Shown piece after piece: positions 18,576-25,088 of a stretch of 25,088 nucleotides of DNA; positions within the stretch are counted from its first letter, which is position 1, and each line of letters starts with the position of its first letter. A program made the position numbers and the translations under genes. The stretch is taken from assembly GCA_964496765.1 (NCBI GenBank), contig CAZCAP010000012.1:1-25088 (forward strand). Reading direction: 5' to 3'. Below the pieces are notes generated by a model, which did not search any database, was not told where the DNA came from, and saw only the letters and a program-made list of their open reading frames with translations. This stretch comes from an uncultured archaeon. GTDB lineage: Archaea > Iainarchaeota > Iainarchaeia > Iainarchaeales > CSSED10-239.

Positions 18576-19736
18576 ATGGTTATGAGAGAATTACCGAAAT
18601 TAGTTTTAGATAGAATTGAAGTTTATGCAAAAACTAAAAAGTTTAGTGATGCTAAAAGAAAAAAGCTAATTGAAATTGTTAACAATAGGTACAATAACTC
18701 ATTGGTAACACCAGGAGACGCAATTGGTTTAATTGCTGCCCAATCAATTGGTGAGCCCGGAACTCAGTTAACTCTTAGAACAAAGCACTATGCTGGTTCT
18801 CTAGAAGTTTCTGTTGGTCAGGGAATACAGAGAGTTATTGAAATTGTTGATGGTCGTCTATCATCCAAGTATCCATCAATGAAAGTATATCTTAAACCTG
18901 AATTTATAAAAAATGAGAAAAAAGTAAGAGCATTTGCAAGCAATCTTGTTGATATTAAAGTTCAAGATGTTGGTAATTTTGATGAAAACTTTGAAAACAA
19001 AAGTTTATCTTTTGTTCTAGATGATGATAAGGTTGATGAAGCAGGAATTAATAAGGACACAATCATGGATCTTGTTTATGATAAAATTGATGAAATATAT
19101 ACCTCCAAAAGATTCGGAGATAGTAAGAAAAAAATAAATTTTGCATTTGATGCATCCACACCATTGTATACTATTAGAAAAGCTGTGCTAAAATGGAAAA
19201 ATATTCCATTATTTGGTGTTAAACACATTGAAAAAGTTGTTGTTACTCAATCAGGAGATGAATTTGTAATTACAACAAGAGGAACAAATCTTTCTGAGAT
19301 ACTTAAATTTGAAGAAGTGGATTCACTAAGAACAATAACGAATGATGTTGTTGAAATTAATAAAACACTTGGAATTGAAGCAGGAAGACAGGCAATAGTA
19401 AGTGAACTAAGTAATACATTTATTTCAAACAGTATTGATATTAATTTAAGACATATATATATTCTTGCAGATCTAATGACCTTTGGTGGTCGTGTTAAGG
19501 GTATTGTAAGAACAGGAATAACTGGAGAAAAAACAAGTCCATTTGCAAGAGCTGCATTTGAAGAAACAGTTAAACACATACTTGCTGCAGCATTCTATCA
19601 TGAGATCGAAAAACTAACAGGAATTACTGAAAATTTAATAGTTGGTCAACCAATCTCTGCAGGAACTGGTCTTGTTAAATTAACACTTGATCCAAAAAAT
19701 TTGAAAAAAATGATACAGGCAAATGAAGAGGAATAG
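18576..19736 (+). CDS. rpoA2: DNA-directed RNA polymerase subunit A''
   Basis: GDAIGLIAAQSIGEPGTQLTLRTKHYAG and AAFEETVKHILAAAFYHE...ENLIVGQPISAGTG. The track starts at TTG 18573; ATG 18576 or 18582 is more likely. Confidence 0.95.
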   Translation: MVMRELPKLVLDRIEVYAKTKKFSDAKRKKLIEIVNNRYNNSLVTPGDAIGLIAAQSIGEPGTQLTLRTKHYAGSLEVSVGQGIQRVIEIVDGRLSSKYPSMKVYLKPEFIKNEKKVRAFASNLVDIKVQDVGNFDENFENKSLSFVLDDDKVDEAGINKDTIMDLVYDKIDEIYTSKRFGDSKKKINFAFDASTPLYTIRKAVLKWKNIPLFGVKHIEKVVVTQSGDEFVITTRGTNLSEILKFEEVDSLRTITNDVVEINKTLGIEAGRQAIVSELSNTFISNSIDINLRHIYILADLMTFGGRVKGIVRTGITGEKTSPFARAAFEETVKHILAAAFYHEIEKLTGITENLIVGQPISAGTGLVKLTLDPKNLKKMIQANEEE

Positions 19737-19803
19737 ATTTAAATTCGTTTTTAAACATTTAGGAGCATAAATAATATATAATCAAATAAAATTAGGTGAA
19801 CAC

Positions 19804-20073
19804 ATGCCAAAAAAAGGTGTTTCTAAAATTTATAAACCAGGCAAAAACAGATATGAGAAGGAAATTAAAAAATTAAATCCTTGCGTAGAAGGTATTGATA
19901 AAAATAAAATTTGTATTGAACTAACTAGACTTGCAGAAGTCTATCAACATAAATCAATCTTTAAGGTTATTTTTGCAAAGATGTTAGTTGAGTTAAAAGA
20001 TGCAAAAACAAAAGAAAGTGCAAAAACAATTATAGATAAATACACAAACCTATTACAGGGTGCAGGAAGATAA
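19804..20073 (+). CDS. Small hypothetical protein (89 aa) inside the RNAP-ribosomal cluster
   Basis: Intact ORF between rpoA'' and L30e. No family recognised. Confidence 0.6.
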   Translation: MPKKGVSKIYKPGKNRYEKEIKKLNPCVEGIDKNKICIELTRLAEVYQHKSIFKVIFAKMLVELKDAKTKESAKTIIDKYTNLLQGAGR

Positions 20074-20104
20074 AAAAAGGAAGCTAAAAATTATAATATA
20101 AAAT

Positions 20105-20611
20105 GTGAATAATATGAATTGGAATAAATTTAATCAACAATTAAGAATAGCAGTAGATACTGGAAAAGTAATCTATGGTACAAAAGAAATAGTTAGAGAA
20201 ACATTAGTGGGAGATCCTAAGGTTGTTGTTCTTGCAAGTACAGTTAAAGTACTTCAGAAAAAACAAATAGAACACTATTGTAAGCTATCTGGAACAAAAT
20301 TGGTTTTATATTCAGAATCAGGTGTTGAACTAGGTTCTGTTTGCGGTAAACCATTTAATATATCTGTTCTTGGTGTTTTAAATATTGGAGAATCAAGTAT
20401 TCTTGCTGTTATTGATGAAAAAGATGTTATTGTAGTTAAAGAGAATGCAAGAACAAAAGCAAAAACAGAAAAGAAAAAAGAAAAGGAACAAAAGAAAACT
20501 GAGAAAGAAGAAATTAAGAAAGCAAGAGAAATCAGAAAGAAGGAAGAGGAAGAAAAACCAATTCAGGATGATGAATTATTTAAGAATATTCTAAAGATCA
20601 AGAAGAAGTGA
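20105..20611 (+). CDS. rpl30e: Ribosomal protein L30e with long Lys/Glu-rich C-terminal extension
   Basis: The core WNKFNQQLRIAVDTGKVIYGTKEIVRETLVGDPKVVVLAST... matches L30e, and the position after rpoA'' is canonical. Confidence 0.85.
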   Translation: MNNMNWNKFNQQLRIAVDTGKVIYGTKEIVRETLVGDPKVVVLASTVKVLQKKQIEHYCKLSGTKLVLYSESGVELGSVCGKPFNISVLGVLNIGESSILAVIDEKDVIVVKENARTKAKTEKKKEKEQKKTEKEEIKKAREIRKKEEEEKPIQDDELFKNILKIKKK

Positions 20612-20614
20612 GTT

Positions 20615-20860
20615 ATGCCTCCAAGAATTGCAAAAAAAATTAAACCAGTTCATCAGGTGGAATATGAAATGATGTTGCGTTCCATAGATCGCAAAAGAAA
20701 AAGATCTCAAAAATTAGTTGAGTTTAATAAAAAATATTCTGAAAAAATGAAAAAAGTAAAAGATAGAAATGCAAGTCTTGATGAAATAAAAGCAGAAATG
20801 GAAAAATATAGAATTGCATTTGGAAAATTTAAAGAAAAACTAAATATAGATAAAACTTAA
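20615..20860 (+). CDS. Small highly charged helical protein (81 aa) in the usual nusA position
   Basis: ORF 3 nt after the L30e stop and 12 nt before S12. No KH-domain GxxG motif visible. Confidence 0.6.
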   Translation: MPPRIAKKIKPVHQVEYEMMLRSIDRKRKRSQKLVEFNKKYSEKMKKVKDRNASLDEIKAEMEKYRIAFGKFKEKLNIDKT

Positions 20861-20872
20861 GGTGAAGATATT

Positions 20873-21307
20873 ATGAGTAGAGGAGCTAACGGCGAATTCG
20901 CAGCAAATAAAAACATTAAAGATAGAAAGAAATGGAATAAGAAAGATCCAAGATACAAAAGAAGTGTTAAGGTTAAAAAGAAATCTGGACTCCTTCAGGG
21001 TGCACCACAGGGAAAAGGAATTGTACTTGAAAAGAAAGGAATTACAGCAAGGCAGCCAAATTCAGGAATCAGAAAGTGTGTAAGAGTAAAATTAATTAAG
21101 AATGGTAAGGAATTAACTGCACTTGCACCAAAGGATAAAGCAATTAAGTTTATTGAAATACATGACCAAGTAACTGTTGAAGGTATTGGTGGACGTAAGG
21201 GTGGACCTGTAGGGGATCTTTGGGGTGTGAAATATAAGGTTATAAAGGTTAATGGACAATCACTAGAGATGCTTAGAACAGGAAAGAAGGAGAAATCAAA
21301 GAGATAA
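20873..21307 (+). CDS. rps12: Ribosomal protein S12 (uS12)
   Basis: [30 protein letters not shown]...[27 protein letters not shown]. Confidence 0.97.
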   Translation: MSRGANGEFAANKNIKDRKKWNKKDPRYKRSVKVKKKSGLLQGAPQGKGIVLEKKGITARQPNSGIRKCVRVKLIKNGKELTALAPKDKAIKFIEIHDQVTVEGIGGRKGGPVGDLWGVKYKVIKVNGQSLEMLRTGKKEKSKR

Positions 21308-21330
21308 AGCTAGTTTTATTCTCTTTTTTA
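21300..21330 (+). terminator. Hairpin + T-tract overlapping the S12 stop codon
   Basis: AGAGATAAA (21300-21308) pairs with TTTAT-T-CTCT (21315-21324, one bulged T), followed by a T-rich stretch. The TAA at 21305-21307 is inside the stem. Confidence 0.5.
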
Positions 21331-21357
21331 TTTTTAAATATAAAATGGTGTTAAATT

Positions 21358-21957
21358 ATGAAAATTTTTAATAAATGGGAAGCAAAAGAAATTATTTTTA
21401 CTGATTTAGGTATTGCAAAATATCTTTGTTTGAAAGAAAAGATTATTCCACACACACATGGTGCAAGAAAGAGTACACCTGTGGAAAAAGCTAAGGTGAA
21501 TATTGTTGAAAGATTAATCAATAAGATGATGAGATCTGGACAAGGAAAGAAAAAGCTTTCTGGGAAATTTATTAGAGGAAGATATGGTTGTGGAAAGAAA
21601 GATTTAATGATTAAATCAGTTGATGAGGCATTTGATTATATAAACAAAACAACTAAGGAAAATCCAATACAGGTTCTTATTAAGGCTATTGAGTTTAGTG
21701 CTCCTAGAGAGGATGTTGTTAGACTTAAAAGAGGTGGGGTTGTATCCAATCAAGCTGTTGATTTAGCTCCCATTAAAAGACTTGATGAAGCACTTAAAAA
21801 CCTTGCTTTAGCTGCATTTTCAAAAACATTCAAAACAAGAAAGGAACTTCCAGAAGCACTTGCTGAAGAAATCATTCTTGCTTCAAAGAATGATCAAAAG
21901 AGTTATGCAGTAAAGAAGAGAGATGAAATTGAAAGAATCGCACAAGGTTCAAGATAA
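21358..21957 (+). CDS. rps7: Ribosomal protein S7 (uS7)
   Basis: KPVEKA-like KSTPVEKAKVNIVERLINKMM...NPIQVLIKAIEFSAPREDVVRLKRGGVVSNQAVDLAPIKRLDEALKNLALAA. Downstream of S12. Confidence 0.95.
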   Translation: MKIFNKWEAKEIIFTDLGIAKYLCLKEKIIPHTHGARKSTPVEKAKVNIVERLINKMMRSGQGKKKLSGKFIRGRYGCGKKDLMIKSVDEAFDYINKTTKENPIQVLIKAIEFSAPREDVVRLKRGGVVSNQAVDLAPIKRLDEALKNLALAAFSKTFKTRKELPEALAEEIILASKNDQKSYAVKKRDEIERIAQGSR

Positions 21958-21990
21958 ATAAAGAATTTTTATTCTTTATTTTCTCCTTTT
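21956..21990 (+). terminator. Hairpin + T-rich tail downstream of S7
   Basis: Perfect 11-bp AT-rich stem AAATAAAGAAT (21956-21966) / ATTCTTTATTT (21971-21981), 4-nt loop, then TCTCCTTTTTC. Confidence 0.65.
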
Positions 21991-22052
21991 TCTTATTTTT
22001 ATATTATCTGTTATATCTATTTATAAATGTTTTCTGATTTAGTAATATAACT

Positions 22053-22553
22053 ATGCCACCAATTAAACCTAAGAAAGTAATAAATAATAACAAACCTAAG
22101 TTTAGTGAAAGACTTAAAAAAACAGTTCAACTAATTAAAGATACCCCTATGGTTGTTAATAGAATTAGTAAAACAAAGAATCCAGCACAAACTTTATTTA
22201 GGTTAAATAGATACAAATTATATACAACTGCTGCAAAACACTATCCTAAAGCAAGTGAATTTTATTCAGAAGTGTTTAGAAGATTAGATAAGAAAGATGG
22301 TGTTAAATTTTTTATGTGGCTTCCTGGAATATTTTATGTTGGCCCATTTACATTGAGATTTAGGTTTAGAAGAACAGAAAGAATCATCTCTGATCTTGAG
22401 AAAAGAAATATACCTATTAATAAGATAATTAATAATGAAAGAGTAAGTATGAGTATTGCTCAATATGGTATTTTTAATTATAAAACAACAAAAAGTAAAG
22501 CCTATGAGGCTTATCTAAGCAAACTAGAAAACATTATTAAAAATAATAAATAA
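22053..22553 (+). CDS. Hypothetical protein (166 aa)
   Basis: Intact ORF. TATA-like TTTATAAAT lies about 25-30 nt before ATG 22053 with no SD, suggesting a leaderless transcript. Confidence 0.6.
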   Translation: MPPIKPKKVINNNKPKFSERLKKTVQLIKDTPMVVNRISKTKNPAQTLFRLNRYKLYTTAAKHYPKASEFYSEVFRRLDKKDGVKFFMWLPGIFYVGPFTLRFRFRRTERIISDLEKRNIPINKIINNERVSMSIAQYGIFNYKTTKSKAYEAYLSKLENIIKNNK

Positions 22554-22610
22554 ATCAGTTCTTAATTAAAAAAAATAGTTATTTAAATAAAATTAAACAA
22601 AGATATATAT

Positions 22611-25088
22611 ATGAAGTTTATTAGATTCTTTAATAAAATCAGAAAGGAAGATGTAAGCCTTGCTGGTGGTAAGGGAGCTTCACTAGGAGAGATGTATAAC
22701 TCAAGTATCCCTGTTCCAAATGGATTTGTTATTCTTTCATCTACCTTTGATAGGTTCATAAGAGAAACAAAGCTTGATACGGAAATTTCTCTAATTCTAA
22801 AGAAAGTAAATCTAGACCATACAAAAACAATTAATCTTGCTTCAAAGAAGATTCAAACTCTTATTTTAGCAAAGGATCTTCCAAAGGACCTTACAAAAGA
22901 AATACTTTCTTCTTTTAAAAAACTAAATACAAAGTTTGTTGCTGTTAGATCAAGTGCAACAAGTGAGGATTCTAAGGATGCTGCCTGGGCTGGTCAACTT
23001 AATACTTATTTAAACACAACAAATAAGAATCTTTTAATAAATATAAAAAACTGTTGGGCATCTTTATTCACAGAGAGAGCTATATTTTATAGGTTTGAAA
23101 AAAAACTAGAAACAAAGCACATATCTGTTGCTGTTGTTATTCAAAGGATGGTAGAATCAGAAAAATCAGGAATTGCATTTTCTGTTCATCCAGTAACAGA
23201 GGATCCCAATCAATTAATAATTGAAGCTGGATTTGGATTAGGGGAAGCAATTGTTTCTGGTCAAGTAACTCCAAACTCCTATGTGGTTACAAAGAAACCA
23301 CATAAAATCATGGACAAGAACATAAGTGAACAAAAAAGAGAGCTAGTGAGATCAAAAGGGAAGGATGCTGGGGGAATAATTTGGAAGGACATCCCAGCAG
23401 TGAGAGCAAATTCTCAAGTTTTAACAGATAAGGAGATATTAGAGCTTTCAACTTTAGTCCAAAAGATAGAAGATCATTATAATTTCCCAGTAGATGTAGA
23501 GTGGGCAATAGAAAAGAACAAGATATATATCACTCAAAGCAGACCAATAACAACCTTGAAAGAAAAAAAAGAAGAAAAGCCTATATTTGAACTTGAATTT
23601 CAGAGAGAAACTCCAATCTTTATGTTTGATATTTGGTTATATTCATATCTTAATGTTTGTAAGAATATATTTAAATGGAAAAGAGATATAACTAAAACCA
23701 ATGGTGTTTATAAAGATGGTATTGTTAGTGGATACACTATAGTAAACAATATTGAGCTAATGAAAGAAAGTATAAATAAAATAGATATTAATAAATTAAA
23801 CGAATTATTAACTGACTATTCATCAAATTATTTATTATTAATTAAAAATAAAAAAAAGGTTTATCATAATAAATTTATTATTGATTTGTTTTCTGGTTTT
23901 ATTATTAATTTTATTTTAGGCGATCTTAATTCTAATAAATTGTGCCCAGTTGCATTAAAACTAAGAAAAGAAACAGAAAATCTATTTCCTTTAGTTCAAA
24001 AAGAATTGCATAATAAGGTTAAACACGATAACTATAGATATACTGAGATTATTGATAATAAAAAAATATCTTTGGTTGTATTAAATAAAAGAAATAATTG
24101 TATAGTCTATGAAACAAAAATTATTTTTAAAAAGGAAAATAAGATAAAATTACATAAAGAACATTCAAGAGAATATTCTTTTTCTAAAATGTATTCTTTG
24201 TATAGGAGTTTTTCATATTATTTTACAAAGATTAAGTTGATTAAACGAGATTTAAAATATACTTCTTTTATTTATTATGGAAAAGATCTAATTAACGTAT
24301 ATTATGATAACAATGAGTTATTAGCTGTTTTTAAAGAGATTGAAGTAAATGCAAATAATAATCCAAAGTTAGTTGATGAAAGTGTTAATAACTTGTTAAG
24401 GACCTTTAATATTTGTCTTCCTTATTTTAAAGGAAAAAAACTCACTTCTATTAAAGAATATAAGAAAGTTGTTGATAGCTTTGGAGAATGCTGGGCAGAA
24501 ATCGCAGTTGTATTTGTTTTACCAGAAGACAATTTAAATGTGTCTAAAGCAATTAAAGAGAAAGCTTTATCTTTAAGAGAAAAAACACAGGAATATAATG
24601 AAGCACTAGAACCTATTTTTAAAGAGTTTATTGAAACCAATTTTCCTTATTTAAAAGAAAAATATAGGTTTATTCTCCCTGAGGAGATTATAAATGGAGA
24701 TGTAAAAAATAAACCATTAATGTTAAAAAGAATAAAAGAGAGACAGAAAGGTTTTGTTTATTATCAGGGAAAGATATATACTGGAAATGTAGATAAAACG
24801 TTAGATAAATTAAATCTATATTTAGAAAAGCAAGATACAAAAGTAAAAGAATTAAAAGGACAGATTGCGTATAAAGGTAAAACAGAAGGGAGAGTTAGAG
24901 TAATTACTTCCCAAAAGCAAATATTGGATTTTAAAGAAGGAGAGATAATGGTTACAGCAATGACTATGCCTACTTATCTCCCTGCAATGAAGAAGGCCTC
25001 TGCTTTTGTAACAGATGAAGGTGGAATCACTTCACATGCAGCAATAATTGCAAGAGAGCTAAAGAAACCATGTGTAATTGGAACAAAG
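22611..25088 (+). CDS. PEP synthase/PPDK superfamily dikinase with rifampicin-phosphotransferase-like layout; 3' end beyond the window
   Basis: Not in the supplied track, but the frame is open for 826 codons to the window edge. N-terminal LAGGKGASLGEMYNSSIPVPNGFV, VAVRSSATSEDSKDAAWAGQLNTYLN and ITQSRPIT (about aa 309) match the ATP-binding domain. Phosphohistidine motif GGITSHAAIIAREL is at H809. Confidence 0.85.
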   Translation, partial: MKFIRFFNKIRKEDVSLAGGKGASLGEMYNSSIPVPNGFVILSSTFDRFIRETKLDTEISLILKKVNLDHTKTINLASKKIQTLILAKDLPKDLTKEILSSFKKLNTKFVAVRSSATSEDSKDAAWAGQLNTYLNTTNKNLLINIKNCWASLFTERAIFYRFEKKLETKHISVAVVIQRMVESEKSGIAFSVHPVTEDPNQLIIEAGFGLGEAIVSGQVTPNSYVVTKKPHKIMDKNISEQKRELVRSKGKDAGGIIWKDIPAVRANSQVLTDKEILELSTLVQKIEDHYNFPVDVEWAIEKNKIYITQSRPITTLKEKKEEKPIFELEFQRETPIFMFDIWLYSYLNVCKNIFKWKRDITKTNGVYKDGIVSGYTIVNNIELMKESINKIDINKLNELLTDYSSNYLLLIKNKKKVYHNKFIIDLFSGFIINFILGDLNSNKLCPVALKLRKETENLFPLVQKELHNKVKHDNYRYTEIIDNKKISLVVLNKRNNCIVYETKIIFKKENKIKLHKEHSREYSFSKMYSLYRSFSYYFTKIKLIKRDLKYTSFIYYGKDLINVYYDNNELLAVFKEIEVNANNNPKLVDESVNNLLRTFNICLPYFKGKKLTSIKEYKKVVDSFGECWAEIAVVFVLPEDNLNVSKAIKEKALSLREKTQEYNEALEPIFKEFIETNFPYLKEKYRFILPEEIINGDVKNKPLMLKRIKERQKGFVYYQGKIYTGNVDKTLDKLNLYLEKQDTKVKELKGQIAYKGKTEGRVRVITSQKQILDFKEGEIMVTAMTMPTYLPAMKKASAFVTDEGGITSHAAIIARELKKPCVIGTK

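Noticed and set aside
12610-19736. Possible inteins in RNAP or ligase genes
   Set aside because: Ligase, B'', B', A' and A'' ORFs read continuously through their conserved motifs at normal lengths, with no intein-like insertion.
22611-25088. Simple annotation as phosphoenolpyruvate synthase (ppsA)
   Set aside because: The N-terminal ATP domain fits, but the phosphohistidine motif is at about aa 809, roughly 500 residues after the ATP domain, and no TIM-barrel motif is visible. Canonical PpsA order is not supported.
1-25088. CRISPR array, transposase, integrase or clear defence island
   Set aside because: No regularly spaced direct repeats or mobile-element proteins were seen. Apart from the TA candidate, the gene content is mostly housekeeping.

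Overview
AT-rich archaeal chromosomal window, possibly DPANN-like, although the sequence alone does not fix the lineage. In order it holds: a PLD-family protein whose 5' end lies beyond the window edge; a tRNA-Pro(UGG) followed by two uncharacterised ORFs and an archaeal/eukaryal-type ProRS gene; a compact pyrimidine cluster pyrD-pyrE-pyrC-pyrF, with pyrD interrupted by one in-frame TAA; a PIN / UPF0175-like toxin-antitoxin candidate; an ATP-dependent DNA ligase; a minus-strand single-domain KaiC/RecA-like ATPase; the RNA polymerase/ribosomal cluster rpoH-rpoB''-rpoB'-rpoA'-rpoA''-orf89-L30e-orf81-S12-S7 with no nusA in its usual place; an orphan ORF; and an open-ended ORF of at least 826 codons. 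That last ORF is missing from the supplied track and looks like a rifampicin-phosphotransferase-type dikinase rather than canonical PEP synthase. I see no CRISPR array, transposon, intein or rRNA. No clearly new multi-gene system is evident. The best leads are the interrupted pyrD, the Rph-like dikinase, the tRNA-Pro/orf/orf/proS block, the TA module with a palindrome over its TATA box, the missing nusA, and several hairpin + T-tract terminators unusual for archaea.
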